Source: the human T2T-CHM13v2.0 reference genome, Homo sapiens
NCBI RefSeq assembly: GCF_009914755.1
Contig: NC_060935.1
DNA length: 64,000 nt
Reading direction: 5' to 3' (one strand)
Under the pieces are notes generated by a model, which ran no database searches, was not told where the DNA came from, and saw nothing but the letters and a program-made list of their open reading frames with translations. Of this stretch, positions 18,320 through 35,064 are shown one piece after another. The position numbers and the translations under genes were made by a program. Position 1 is the first letter of the stretch. The number at the start of each line of letters is the position of its first letter.

Positions 18320-18426
18320 TTTATTTTATTTTATTTTTCCAGGCTGGTCTCAAAATCCTGAGCTCAGGTCGCCCTCCTCGGCCTCCCAAAGTTCTGGAGT
18401 TACAGGTGTGAGCCACTGCACTTGGC
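18320..18426 (-). mobile_element. Old Alu left-monomer fragment (FLAM/AluJ-like)
   Basis: CAGGCTGGTCTC...CTCGGCCTCCCAAAGTTCTGGAGTTACAGGTGTGAGCCACTGCACTTGGCC. Confidence 0.8.
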
Positions 18427-18811
18427 CCCTTTTTTCCTTGAGTAAAGATGATTTTCAGCAGCAACCAGGAGGAAGAGAGACTAAACATAACAAATGTTGG
18501 CAGTAGAGTGGAGCAACTAGGAAGTGCCACTGGCGGATTCTAAATTTATATAACCAGCAAACGACTTCAGAAGAAAATTGACTAAAATTGAGCATAGAGT
18601 TTCCACATCCCAGAATTCCACTACTAGTCACAAACATACATATGTATACAAACATCCATACAAATGTATGTTCACCAAAAGAGACGAAATTCAGAAAGAA
18701 TTATTTGAAATAGTTATAAACTCTTAATAATATGTCCATCAAAAGTAGAATGAATAAATAGATGATAGCATATTTATACAGCAGGAAGGGGCAATGAAAT
18801 AAAAGAACACT

Positions 18812-19100
18812 GGCCGGGCGCGGTGGCTCACGCCTGTAATTCCAACACTTTGGGAGGCTGAGACGGGTGGATCACAAGCTCAGGAGTTCGAGACCACCCT
18901 GGCTAACACAGTGAAACCCCGTCTCTACTGAAAATACAAAAAATTAGCCGAGCGTGGTGGCGGGCGCCTGCAGTCCAAGCTACTTGGGAGATTGAGGCAG
19001 GAGGATGGCGTGAACCCGGGAGGCAGAGCTTGCAGTAAGCCGAGATCGGGCCACTGCTCTCCAGTCTGGGCGAAAGAGTGGGACTCTGTCTAAAAAATAA
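18812..19100 (+). mobile_element. AluY
   Basis: Full dimer with ATGGCGTGAACCCGGGAGGCAGAGCTTGCAG; TSD AAAAGAACACT at 18801-18811 and 19101-19111. Confidence 0.92.
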
Positions 19101-19439
19101 AAAAGAACACTGCTGCACAAGATATGCAAAATATCACAAATATATTCTTAAGTAAAAGAAGACTGACCAAAGGAGTAGATACTATATGACTTAATCTGCA
19201 TAGTGTTGATAATAGGCAAAATTAATCTGTGGTAACAGAAGTCAACATAGTAATTATCTTTGGGATTTGGAGGATGAGCGTCTTCAGGGTTGTTGCCATG
19301 TACTTTTGTGTAGTTTGGATGGTGATGATATGGGAATATTCCTTATTTGAAAACTCAGAGTGTAATTTATGATTGTACATTTTTCTATATGTAGATTAAA
19401 CTTTAATGAAAGCCTTTTAGAATAAAAATATTTAAGTAA

Positions 19440-21046
19440 TTGATAAATTACTGCAGCATTGAAGGAAAATTTAAAACATTAAATAGCTACACTGGAAAAA
19501 CAGAGGCTGAAATATGATGAATTATGTCCAGCATAAGAAGTTGGAAAATGACCAGTAGACTGTACAAAAATAAAGAATAGGAAAAAATAATATAACATGT
19601 GAACGATTGAACAAAATGGAAAAGAAACATTTAATGTTGCTTTTCAATATCAAATGTGGACAAATTTGGAAGTTTATTACATGTGCATAACTTCTTACTT
19701 AATAATTCTAAAATCAGAAAAACCTTTGTCTGAATCCTAATTTTTCTCCTTTGTATTGGTAGAGAAACTTAACCAATTCAAGGATACTTATGAAATTCAT
19801 GGATTTATCAGAGTGTGGACATTCATGTATTTTTCTGTGGAAATAAACACATATGACAATGAATTGCTACTCCAGATTCTATTAGAATATTACATAATAT
19901 ATAGTTTATAGAATGCAGAATTTTTTAAAATTTGTAAAATTCTGAATTGGTGTAAACATCCAAAACACATGTACATTGTAAAGGAAATTAGTGGATTTTA
20001 TTTGAGCTGACAACTAAGATAAACAAAATATCTATTCAGACTCATATTAAAAAGCACATAGTGTTAAGAATAAAAAATAGACATTAAAGATACTCTAGAA
20101 ATTGAAATAATATTTTTTCAAAGTCACTAAATAGAAAATTTTAAGTAAAATGGAAAATTTACAATATGTAATTAAAATATCTGATTCAATAATTAAAATA
20201 ATTTTTGAAAATTTCTTCATTCTCTTAGACTAAAACGTATTAGATCCTTATTATAAAACACTAGGCCCAAGAAATTCTATAGAAAGTTTCAGTAAACATT
20301 CAAGGAAGTGATAATTCCAATCCTGTACAAACTCCTTCAGAAAATAAGGAAGAAATAGGCCATTTATTTTACAAAAGTAGTATACACTTAACATCATAAT
20401 CAAGCTAGAAAGGGGATTAGAACCCAATTTCATGCATGGGTATGAATGTGAGTCTTAACCAAAATATTAGTAAAGTGAATCCAGCAATATATGAAAAACC
20501 CTAACGCTTCACATCTGATAAGTTTACTAAGAGCACAAAGTCTTTTTCTACATTGTATATCCACTCATACATTAAAGGAGAAAAAATTATGTAATCCCCT
20601 CAAAAGATTTTATTAAAAATATGATAGAAATTCTTAACTAATGCTTACAAGAAAATTTATTACATTTGGTATAGGTTGTATAAAACAAATAAATGAGCAT
20701 AGTATTTAATTTTGAGAGGTTGAAACTATTCTACTCAACAGAAACACATTAAGAATGTCTATTATCTTTGTTCTGTTTATCATTGCACTGGAGGTCCTAG
20801 CAAGTACACTATAATAAGCAGAAGAAATAAAAGCATCAAGAATTGAAAAAAATATATAAAAATAGTATTCAAAAATTATGTGCATATTTATGTAGAAAAA
20901 GCATCTGGATATATAATGAATATAAGGGATTATTCGTTGTATTCAGAAATATGACCAGTAACAAAAGCCAAATTAATTTCCAAATGCAAGCAGCAACAGG
21001 AAAATAAAACTTTAAGTAAACACAACTTATCATAGAAAACACATAA
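19440..21046 (+). mobile_element. Highly decayed L1M ORF2 remnants
   Basis: CCAATCCTGTACAAACTCCTTCAGAAAATA, CAAAATATTAGTAAAGTGAATCCAGCAATATAT and GCACTGGAGGTCCTAGC are L1 ORF2-like. Confidence 0.55.
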
Positions 21047-21047
21047 G

Positions 21048-21888
<841 letters not shown>

Positions 21889-21979
21889 CTAATGGAGCTC
21901 ACTGAGCATATTCTAAAATATATGAGATATATTAAAGGACATTAAAGCCATGATACTCCCAAACAGTAAAAATGGGGGG

Positions 21980-22530
21980 GGGATTGGATGCAATAAATTT
22001 GAGGAATTTCAGGGCTGATTAAGGAAAACTATGTGAGCATGAATAGATGGTAGCATGCAATGAGCTTTATTGGAAGCTCAGACAGATTTGCAAGTGAGGA
22101 AAATTCCCTCACAGCATGAGACCATCCATCAGCACTGCCTAGAATGGGAGGAAAGCAAGGGAACTGCAAGGGGAGAGGATAAGAGAAGAGGTGTACAGGC
22201 ATAAGTAATATCAATCAGCAGCAAGGTGAGGAGTCTGTGGGTCTGAGAGCTCGGGGGGGAAGTAGTGACTTGAGGTCTCGTAACCACAAGGTTCACCTTT
22301 TTCATGGCTAGCTGATGTTGGGTGCAGTTTCATGAAGTATGCAAAGCAGGCTAGCTCTAAATGACTAAAAATCTGCTTTTATGGTCTATGTTTACTACCA
22401 TTGGATATATAAAAAGTTGAGTTATGGTGCTGATGGACTTTTGAGCTAATGGTTCTCACTCTGCTGTGAAGAAGTTAACGACAAAGAAGAAAAATACGGA
22501 TGCTATCTTTGGCTCATTTATGCAACATTG
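21980..22530 (-). mobile_element. Probable old LTR remnant
   Basis: Purine/GC-richer island with a reverse poly(A) signal (GCTTTATTGG) and LTR-like composition; family not determined. Confidence 0.35.
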
Positions 22531-23538
22531 GCCTTTGCAGACAACACCATTTATTATATATATATGCATTAAACAGTGTCATATTGCTTCACAGGGAGTT
22601 AAAAATTATGCAGTGTAAAATGCATATTAAAATCCCAGTGAAATAAGATTTTGCCGTCCCCAGTACTGCAAAATTTAAACTTATAAATGTCCATGTTTTA
22701 GCAAGGATGTTAAATTATGAGAACTCTCAAGCACTGCTTGTGAATGTCAATTTTTGCAATCTGTGGGATAGGGAGTAAGTATTAAGTTGAATGTAGTCAT
22801 TCTCTGTAATTCAGCAATTCAAGTATCATTTACGCTCATCATGGATATTGTTACACATTTCTACCTGGAGCCAATTCTAAGAATGTTCACAACAGTTTTG
22901 TCTGAATTAGCAGATAAAAACAAAACAAGACAAATCAGTTGTTCAAGAATAGAGGAATAGATAAATAAATTGCAGGTTATGCATAGCACAAAACACTAAA
23001 GAAAAAAATGAACTAAATGTTTTTATCCTAATATGAATCTCCAAAAATATAATTTTGAGAGAAGAAAACTATTTACAGAAGATTCAAGTTCAAAAGCAGG
23101 TAAAATTAGATAATATATTGTTTTAGAACTATATCTATATCTACATATTAATAGGATATATTCATATTTTATATATCAATATTTATATATTTACATTAAT
23201 ACTACTGATATAAAAATAAACAGGATATTTATAAATATGTAATTCAATGAGTAGTTACTTCTGAATGGGAGGAAGGGCATAGTTTGGGGAAGGAACCTTA
23301 ATTCATTTAAAAAGAACACATAACATTCTATTTTATGAGGTTGGTGGTATAAAATAATTCATTTTATATGAGTCTTTAAGCTGCAGCCATATATATAATA
23401 TCTGTTTTATTTTATATATGTTATAATTAAAATTATAAAACTCAATTTTGTGTTGAAAAACAAATATTATACTAAAAAAAGAAATAGTGAATTAGAAAAT
23501 ATGCTGGAAAATTCTCCAGACACCAGTGCAAAATGTTA

Positions 23539-24880
<1,342 letters not shown>

Positions 24881-25469
24881 TATAAAGATACTGTTTAAAA
24901 TATGTAGATTACATGGAATAACCACATGTATATACAAGTGGAATTACAGAAGTTATGAAACAGTTATCAAATGAGTAATTTTAGGAAATCACTTTTTAAG
25001 AAAAACATAATTCAGATAATTATGCATCAATCACTGGTATGTATTGATTATCCAATGATTGCTAATTGACATAGGTGAAAACAAAATGATTTATAATACA
25101 CTATAGTTAAATGTATGACATTTTAGGTTTGAAGTGTATAAACTTTCCCTTCATAGCTGTGCTGAGATGTGACCCTTATTATTGTTCTAGTAGCCGCATA
25201 CTGAGAATAAATCAGAAGAAAATTAGCATTATTTTGCAAGAAAATAGCTTCAGGTGAGGTTACTGTAGATCTCCATCCAGACAATAAACAGCTGTCCTTT
25301 TCTGTAAATGAGGAAATGACTGATTGTATTTGCCCAGAGCCAGAATTTATTTTTTGAGACTTTCAGAGTCAACACCCAATGTTACTACCTCAATTACAGA
25401 GTCTTATTTTAGAGCCCATTTGTTAACATAACAAATTGTAGAATTATGACTCAGATTCAGACATCAACA

Positions 25470-27924
25470 AAATAGGACTTTTCAGTGCTTGCTCCCATGC
25501 CGAAATAGCAATTGGACATCTATCCATGCATGATAACCTTCACAAGAGCTAAGAAAACCAGGTGAGAGATTCCAGCAATTGGGCATAGCACAGAAATAAT
25601 GAAACATGCATTGAAGAGGGCATGAAAGAGAATTTTATGTTACCTGTGTCACTTCTCTCCCAACCCTAGGCAGCACGGCTTGGAAAGAGATACCCTCTGC
25701 TTGGAGGGAAGAGAAGTAAGTGAGCACCAAACTTCTCCTTAGACAATACCAGGTCTGCTCCGGTAAAAGTCAGCATTGGTCAGGTCCACATGGCCCCAGA
25801 CTTCAAGCTAACACCTATTGACAGGGCCCAGGCTTGCTGATGTGCCTGACTGCATCCCACAGCCCCAAGCTCCAGGCCAGCACAGCAGATTCAGTTTCAA
25901 GGTTTACCTCAGGACAAGGTTGGCCCCAGTGGCCGCAGGCTCCAAACTGTCCCCACTACTCAGCCGACCCTTACAACCCCAGGTTTCCGCCCCATTCCAA
26001 TGCCAAATCAGTTCTCATGGCCTCAATCACCAGTCCAGCACCTATAAACTCTGGCCTTTGGCCTGCTCAGTAAGAAGTTGGTCCCTGCAACCCTATTCTC
26101 TAGGCCAACCTCTGTGGCCTTTAGCTCCAGCTGACACAGCATCCAGGCCTGTTGTAGCAGACACAGAGTCCTAGCCCAAACCAGAAGATCCCAATGCTTG
26201 GCCAGCTCCCAAGAACATATGCCCCAAAACCAACCTGTGGACCCAGGTTGCTGGTTGGCCCTGATGGCCTTTGGACTCAGACTGGCTACTGCATCTCTAG
26301 GACCTAGACCCACCCTCATGGATCTAGTCTCCACCATGAGACTCCCATACCCTGCCTCCAGGCTGACCCCATGACACAGGCTTTATGCCAATGACTGTGT
26401 CTCTAGGTACCGTGCCATCATGATTCCAGTCTTCAGAAATACTCCACAGACACAGGCTCCATGCCTTCCAAGCAGCAGGTCAGCCCCAGGCTCTGGGCTT
26501 GTTCTAGCGCCCCCAGGCTTCCGTGACCCCAGGGGCCAGGTCTATTCTAGCAGACCTAGGCACTGGGACTACCCACTAGACAGTAGAACCTGGATGGTCC
26601 CCACCAACCAAGGCTCCAGGATTACTCATTCAGACCCAGGCTCTAAGCCAGCTCCCTGGCTGCAAAACATAAGCCCACCTCTGTAGACCTCAGATCCAGG
26701 CCCACTCCAATATCAAGCCCATTCCCATGGATTTCAGGATCCAGGCTCAGCCCAGTGGACCAAGGTTCCAGGCTCAGGTGCTGGAATTAGCACCTCAATG
26801 GCTCCTGTAGATGCAAGTTAAACACCAGGTCAGCTCCTGTGGAATCTCCCTGGTCAGACTCCAGGTCAACAGGTCCTGGAGTCCAGTCTGGAGTGGATCC
26901 AGACTCCAGGCCAATGCCATGGACCCAGTTGCCAGATCTGTTGACCTGCTGACTCAAGAACCAGAAGTCTACCTGAGGAATCCACAGCAAGTCCACCTGC
27001 AGAACATGCAAAACAGCCTAGTCAGAATCTCTGAATAGGTTGACTGGTCAAGCCTTTCTCAGACAAAGCCACTCTTCAAAGACTGAAATAAATCTCTACT
27101 TCCTCAAATGCACAGACAACAATGCATGGTCACAAGTATCAAGAACAACCAGGGAAACATGACATTACAATAAATAAATACATAACTAACTAACTAAATA
27201 AATAAATAAATAACAAATACAAATGCTAGTAGCTAACTCTAAAATAATGGAGATGTCTGAACTGCCTGAGAAATAATTTGATATAATTTTAACAAGATGG
27301 GTGAACTTCTAGAAAATACTGAGAAATAATTCAACAAAATCAAGAAAACAATACATGACCAAACAAGAAATTTAACGGATTGAATTTGAAAAAAAGAACA
27401 AACAAATTATGGAGCTGAAAAATAAAATGAACAAAAGAAAAAATGCAAAAGAAAAACATTAACAAAAGGATTGATCAAACAGAGAATCTGTGAACTTGAA
27501 GGCAGGTTATTTGAAAATATACAGTCAGTTAAAAATAAAGGGAAAAATGAAAAGGAATGGAAAAAGCTTACAGGACATATGGGACATCATCAAAAAAGCA
27601 AATTTGTAACTTGTAGGAGTTGGAGGGAAAGAGAGAGAAAGACATAAAACTCATTTAAAAAATAATAGCAGAATATATTCCAAATGTAGGGAAAGCTATA
27701 AATATTCAAGTACAGGAAAGGGAAAAGTCTCCAATTAGATGCAATCCAAACAAGATGATGCAAAGATATAATTAATATGTCTAAAATCAAAGACTGAAAA
27801 TCCCATATTAGAAAGAATTTAGTAAGACCAGCAACAAATTTCTCAGCAGAAACCTCACAGGTCTGAAGATAGTGGGATGATAGATTTAAGTGCTGAAGGA
27901 AACACACAGACACACAGACACACA

Positions 27925-27971
<47 letters not shown>

Positions 27972-28820
27972 CAAACTACCGACCCAGAATAACTTACCCA
28001 ACAAAGCTATCCCTTCAGAAATGAAGGAGAGAGAAGCTGAGGGACTTCACCATGACCAGATTAGTTTACAACAAATGCTAAAGAGAGTTCTTCAACTGAA
28101 AGAAAAAAGCACTAACTAGTAACATGAAAACATATGAAAGTATAAAACTCACTATTTAAAGTAAGTATATAGCCAAATTTAGAATACACCTGGACTATAA
28201 CGATGATGTGTAAATCACTGATATCTTTAGTTAGGTTTAATGACAAAAGTATTAAAATAATAGTTATGATAATTTGTTTAGGGACATATAATAGACAATG
28301 ATGTAAATCATGACACCAAAAACAAAAAATGTGAAGTGTAAATTGAATAAAAAGACTCACTTCATGTGAGTGATGTTATGTTTTTATCAGCTTAAGATAC
28401 CCTATTATAACTATAAGATGTTTTATGCAAACCTCATCATAACCACAATGCAAAAACCTGTAGTAGATACATAGAAGATGAAAAAGAAAAAAATCAAACT
28501 ATACAACTAGGGAGAAATCACCTAATCACAAAGGAAGACAATAAGAGAGGAAAAAGGAACCAAGGATCTACAATACAACCAGAAACTATTTTTAAAATGG
28601 CAGTAGGTAAGTTGTTATCTACCAACAAATACCTCAAATATAAATAGATTAGATTATCCAGTCAAAAGACATGACATAGAGTGTCTGAATGGATGAAAAA
28701 GAAAGAAAAAGAAAAAAAAAAAAAAACAAAACAAGACCCATCTAAAAGAAAAATACCAAGACCCATCTATCTTCTGCCTATAAGAGACACACTTCACCTA
28801 TAAGGAAACATATACATTTT
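25470..28820 (+). mobile_element. Old L1 (L1M/L1PB-type): 5' UTR, decayed ORF1 and start of ORF2
   Basis: C-rich 5' region with CCAGGCTCCAGG-like subrepeats (25800-26950); ORF1-like TTCTCAGCAGAAACCTCACAGG; ORF2-like CAAGACCCATCTATCTTCTGCCTATAAGAGAC. Confidence 0.7.
27902..27968. repeat. (CA)n microsatellite with CAGA interruptions
   Basis: Direct reading. Confidence 0.95.
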
Positions 28821-29471
28821 AAAATATGGGCCCTTTCACTGTGTATATTCCTATTGTGTTGCTTTTTTATTTTTCCTAAGACTCCAATTATGTAAGTATT
28901 GAATCTTCTTTGACTGTTGACATTTCACTTATTTTTTGTCTACCCTTTTCCTTTCTTTCCTTATTTTTCATTTTCTTGATTGTTTTCCTAATTATTTTTG
29001 GTATACTTTATTAAATTTATATTTGTGTTTAGTCTCCCTTTTCTACTTTGTAACTGTGTCCTGATTTCTCAAATGGACTATTTCTTCAATTTGTTTATTA
29101 AGTCTGCCCAACATTGTTTAGGTATAAGCCCTTTTTGTCTATTTATATTTTATTCAAAATGTTTAATTCAAGATATTTTTAATACTTAAAAATGCTTGTT
29201 AAATTATATTTAATTTAATCTGAAGTGTTATGGTATAATTTCCTTCTGCCCGTTTTTGTATCATTATATTCTCATTGGTTGGAATATTTTGATCTTATTT
29301 GCTGACTCCCTTCCCACCCTTGTAGTTCATTGCATGGATAGAGACATTTTTGTGTGCTATTATAGTGTGTATGTGTCCCTGTGTGAGTTCCTGTGTATGT
29401 AGAAAGATAGGTATATATGTAGTTTGATTGATTGATTTATACATAGATGTCTATATATAGGTAGATAAATG

Positions 29472-30490
29472 CAGTCAGCCATACTGTCTATGAGTTCCAC
29501 ATCTGTGTATTTAATTAGCTGTAGATCAAAAATATTCAAGAATAAAATTGCCTCTGCACTGAACATGTATAGATGTTTTTTTCTCAGCATTCTTTTCTTT
29601 TTTTAAAATTTTTATTATACTTTAAATTTTAGGATACATGTGCACAACGTGCAGGTTTGTTACATATGGATACGTGTGCCATGTTGGTGTGCTGCACCCA
29701 TTAACTGGTCATTTAGCATTAGGTATATCTCCTAATGCTATCTCTCCCCCCCTCCTCCCACCCCACAACAGGCCCTGGTGTGTGATGTTCCCCTTCCTGT
29801 GTCCATGTGTTCTCATTGTTCAATTCCCACCTATGAGTGAGAACATGCGGTGTTTGGTTTCTTGTCCTTGAGATAGTTTGCTGAGAATGATGGTTTCCAG
29901 CTTCATCCATGTCCCTACAAAGGACATGAACTCATCATTTTTTATGGCTGCATAGTATTCCATGGTGTATATGTGCCACATTTTCTTAATCCAGTCTATC
30001 ATTGTTGGACATTTGGGTTCATTCCAAGTCTTTGCTATTGTGAATAGTGCCACAATAAACATACGTGTGCATGTGTCTTTATAGCAGCATGATTTATAAT
30101 CCTTTGGGTATATACCCAGTAATGGGATGGCTGGGTTGAATGGTATTTCTAGTTCTAGATCCCTGAGGAATCGCCACACGTGTGCTGGAGAGGATGTGGA
30201 GAAATAGGAACACTTTTACACTGTTGGTGGGACTGTAAACTAGTTCAACCATTGTGGAAGTCGGTGTGGCGATTTCTCAGCATTATTTTCTAAACAATAC
30301 AGTAGAATAACTATTTAGATAGTATTAGATGTTATAAGTAATCTAGAGATAATTTATAGCATAGCCAAAGATATGCATAGGTTATATGCAAATACTATGC
30401 TATTTTATATCAGAAACTTGAGCATCTGCAGATTTTCATAACCCTGGAGGTCATGAAACCAATCCCCCATGAATACCGAGGGACAACTCT
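29472..30490 (-). mobile_element. MER2-like Tigger DNA transposon split by an L1 insertion
   Basis: Right terminus AACCAATCCCCCATGAATACCGAGGGACAACT is MER2-like; the two halves rejoin across the L1 TSD. Confidence 0.75.
29592..30280 (-). mobile_element. Short twin-primed L1PA4/5-like insertion
   Basis: Minus-strand 3' end 29592-30179, inverted piece 30180-30280. TSD TTTCTCAGCATT at 29580-29591 and 30273-30284. Confidence 0.9.
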
Positions 30491-31983
30491 ACATATACAC
30501 ACACATATAGCTGTGTATATCTCTATATCTAAATACATAAAAATACACAAAAATATTTATAAAATATTACCTCCAACAAACTTTGTTGTAGTGAGTGTGT
30601 GTGTGTGTGTTTTGTTTTAGGAGAATACTCAATTTACTTGCATTACTTCCTCTTTCTTAACCATTACAACTCTACAGGGCAATGTCTTTATTCTACTCTC
30701 CTCCTTTTCCCTGGAAATAACTTTTCTAGGTTTTTCACAACAAGTTTTATACAATAGCTCGGCTTTTTTTCCCTAGGTAATGCTGTTTTCTATCAGGCCT
30801 TGACTCGGTTTTTAATTTTTGTTATGACAGTAGAATTTTCTTATTGATTTTATCCATTTGATCCCACTAGTAGGATTTCTATTTCCCTTTTCTCTTTTCT
30901 AAGCTGTCTCTTCAGACTTCACTCTACCCACATGGAATTATGACATTTTCAAATTCAGTTCTTTTCTTCTGAAAAATATTTCTCTACCTATAGTCAACTT
31001 TCACTTCATAGGGTCATCTGTCTTAAAGTGATGCACAAATGTGTGATTCATTTATTTACTTTCTTTGATCTGAATGGTTTTTGGGAGGATAGATACAAAG
31101 AGTAACTTTTAAGTGCTGTTATTAGCTTAAAGCCTTTTTCTATGTCTTTTCTATGGAATTTCTTATTTATCTTCATTTCATTGATATAGATATACACTAC
31201 CATAAAATGTATTCTGGTAATTGTCCTATGTATACCTTCTATAATAATTTTGCTGTTGTGGTCTGGATCATCCCTGTATTATTTTTAATGGCAAGGTTTT
31301 ACATTCTTAAATGAAATGTCTTATTGTTTAGTAAAATATTGTTATTAATTATTGCTTTTCTCCTGTCTTCATGGAATTCTATTTGCATATTTTTCAACTT
31401 TTGTTGACTTTATAGTTTTTAATATGTTAAAATATAGTCATGTTTTATGACTGCTCATGTGTATGTGAAAACTGTATTCTTATTACTGGTATCACTCTGC
31501 CCTCTAGTGGGTATTCTGTTTTTGCCACTTGCAACAGAAAAATTTATTCCCTCAGCTACTATTCAGGAGGTGGATTTTGTACTACTAGACTATATGAAAA
31601 CAAATTCTACCAATTACAATTGGCTAAGAATTATACAACAATTAGACAATAATTGACTTGTAATATTGATGAAAAGTAAAATATTTTGTTCTCATTATGT
31701 CAAACTAGGATAAAATTTAAAAAAATTTCTTCATGCAAGAAAGAATATTGGACTAAGATTTATTTGTCAACCTCTTATATAATTTGGTAGGTTTCCTTGG
31801 AAAATCATTGAAATATTCAAGTTTTGGTTAACCATTTGTAATATTTTTGAAAACCTTACAAACACATTTGGAAATTCTTTGAGAATTAAATGGTGTAAAA
31901 GTTTGATTTGTAAACATATACTTTTGCAAAATGTAAAGGAAAATGCAAAATGCAAACAGTATGTGACATATAGGTATACTTAA

Positions 31984-32043
31984 TGCACGTTGTGCACATG
32001 TACCCTAAAACTTAAAGTATAATAATAATAAAATTTAAAAAAA
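31984..32043 (+). mobile_element. Extremely truncated L1PA 3' tip (about 60 bp)
   Basis: GCACGTTGTGCACATGTACCCTAAAACTTAAAGTATAATAATAATAAAA. Confidence 0.8.
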
Positions 32044-33251
32044 TGTGTATGCGGTTTATGCATAATATATGTATATGTTTCTGTATTGCTTGATTCTTCT
32101 CTGTATGTATATATGTCTGTCCTGTATCAGCGAGCTATCTATCTACCTATCCATCATCCGTCACCCATCTGTATTTAAATTAGTGCTTCCCTTAAGCCTT
32201 CTGTTTCAAACATCAGGCATAAAGAGGATTTTGTTGCTCAGAGGCAATAGCTCTGCATTTATTTCTCCCCAAGTCCCTGGTAAGCACTAATTTTTTTGTC
32301 TCTGTAATTTGATGTTTCTAGGTACCTCTTATACATAGTATATTACAATATTTGCCTTTTGTGTCTGTCTTATTTCACTTAACTTAATGTTTTCATGGTT
32401 CATGCATGTTGAATTATCTCTCCATGGAGAGCTCTACTTTGAGCTACTGTGAATAATACTGTGAATAATACTGTGAAGAACATTGGTACACAAAAAATAT
32501 GTTTGAATCTCTGCTCTCAATTATTTGAGTATCTATTGGAAGTGTAATTGCTGGGTCATGTGTATTTTCACGTCTAATTATTGGAGGAACTACCATAGGT
32601 TTTTGTAGAGCAGCTTCACCATTTTACATTCTCACCAGTAATATTCAAGGAGTCCAATTCATTCCATCTCCCCTGAATCCTGTTATTTTCCAACTTTTCC
32701 TTCTTTTTCTTTGTTTGTTTTTTCTTTTTCATAATTGCCATCCTAAAGGGTGTGAGGTGGTAGCTGTTTTGTTTACTTATTTGTTTGTGTGTGTGTGTGT
32801 TATTATTGTCATAAGACCAAATACATGAGCTCAAACGTTCAACAGAATTTTAATTTTATGCAGTATGGTTTTAAAAAAAAAAACTAAAAGCACAATGTTG
32901 TACAGCAGAACTCTAGAACTCTAGAATCTGTTCGTCTTAAATAAAGGAGCTGCTGTTCATTGTGGTTTTGATTTGCATATCCCCAATTAGTAGTGCTGGA
33001 CATGTTTCCACATGCTTATTGGCATGTGTGTAGCTTCTTTGAAGACATGTGTATTCAAGTTCTTTGCCTGTTTTTGAATTGGGCTGTTTTTGTTTTGTAG
33101 ATTTATAGGAGTTTTTAAAATATATATATTCTGTACATTAATCACTTAGAAATATGATTTCAAAAGATTTTATCCTATATTTTGGGCTGCCATTTTACTC
33201 TGTTAGGAGTGTTCTTTGAAGTTTTTAGTTTTTAATTTTGATGAAGTCCAT

Positions 33252-33425
33252 TATATATATATGTATGTATGTATATACATATATTATATACATATATACA
33301 CATTATATATACATGTGTATATATGTATATATACATATATATGTATACGTACATGTATACATACATGTACGTATACATGTACATATACATGTACATACAT
33401 ATATTATATACATATATATGTATGT
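33252..33425. repeat. Degenerate (TA/TACA/TATG)n purine-pyrimidine tract
   Basis: Direct reading. Confidence 0.9.
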
Positions 33426-33499
33426 AAATACTTTTGGTGTCATATACAATAAATAATTAACAAAGTCAGTGTCATGAAGTTTTTTTTCTAGGTCTTCCC

Positions 33500-33925
33500 C
33501 TGGCAAGGTTTGCATCTGTATCCCCACAAAATCTCATGTAACACCCCAGTGTTGGAGGTGGGACCTGGTGGTAGGTGATTGAATCGTGGGGGCGGTTTCT
33601 CATGAATGGTTTAGCACCATCCTCTTGGTGCTGTTCTTGTGACATTGAGTGAGTGAGGTCTCATGATATCTGGTTATCTAAAAGTGTGTAGCACCCCCCT
33701 GCCACCCCATCTCTTCCTCTTGCTTCAGCCACGTAAGATGTGCCTGCTTCCCCTTCACCTTTCACCATAATTGTAAGTTTCCTGAGGCCTCCTCAGAAGC
33801 CAAGAAGATGCCATCATCATGCTTCCTGTACAGCTTGCAGAACCATGAGCCAACTGAACCACTTTTCTTTATAAATTACCCAGTCTCAGGTATTTCTTTA
33901 CAGCAGTGTGAGAACTGACTCATGT
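33500..33925 (+). mobile_element. MaLR LTR (MSTA-like)
   Basis: GGTTTGCATCTGTATCCCCACAAAATCTCATG...TTTATAAATTACCCAGTCTCAGGTATTTCTTTA. Confidence 0.85.
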
Positions 33926-34727
33926 ATATCCTAAGAGTTGTATAGTTTTGGCTCTTACCTTTAGGTCTTTAATCCATTTTAAGTTAATTTTTTGTTCATT
34001 GTGTAAGATAAGGGTTCAAATTTCTCTGGCAGGAGGCTAGTTTTCTCAATACCATCTGTTAAAAAGACTGAACTCTTCCTATTGAATAATCTTGGCACTG
34101 ATGTGTAATACATTTGACCATATATATGTACGTTTACTTCTGGGTTGTCTATTCTATTCTATTAGTCTATATAACTTTCTTTATAACAGTACTTTACTGC
34201 TTTGATTACTATAGTTCTGTGGTAAGTATGAAATCAGAAAGTGTGAAACCTCAAACTTTGTTTTCCTTTTTCAAGATTGTTTTGGCCTTTTAGGGTCTCA
34301 TGTAATTCTGTCTAGATTTTAGAATGGATTTTTCTATTAAAAATGTCATTAGGATTTTGATAGAGTTTTCACTGTATTTGTAATTGCTATGGGGAGTATT
34401 GGCATCTTAAAATATAAAGCCTTCAAATCTATGAACATGAGATGACTTTTCCTTTATTTATGTCCTCTTTAATTTCTGTCAGCAACATTTTATGCTTTCC
34501 AGTGTATTATTCTTTTGTCTGTTTGGCTAAGTTTATTCCTGAGTATTTCATTGTTTTTGAAGCAAATGCAAATAACTTGTTTTCTTAATTTTTTGGGGTG
34601 GGGCTTGTTTTTTGCAAGTATAGAAATGCAACAGAGTTTTGTACGTTTAATTTGTATCCTGCAATTTTTCTGGATTTGTTTATTAGTTCTAGGAGTTATA
34701 TTTGGGTAAGGGTGTTTGGAATCTTTA

Positions 34728-35064
<337 letters not shown>

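Noticed and set aside
25800-27040. GC-richer region with several 75-118 aa ORFs as a novel gene
   Set aside because: Lies within the subrepeat-rich 5' region of an old L1, followed by ORF1/ORF2 remnants
33216-33527. Y/I/H/C-rich ORFs
   Set aside because: Translations of a simple repeat
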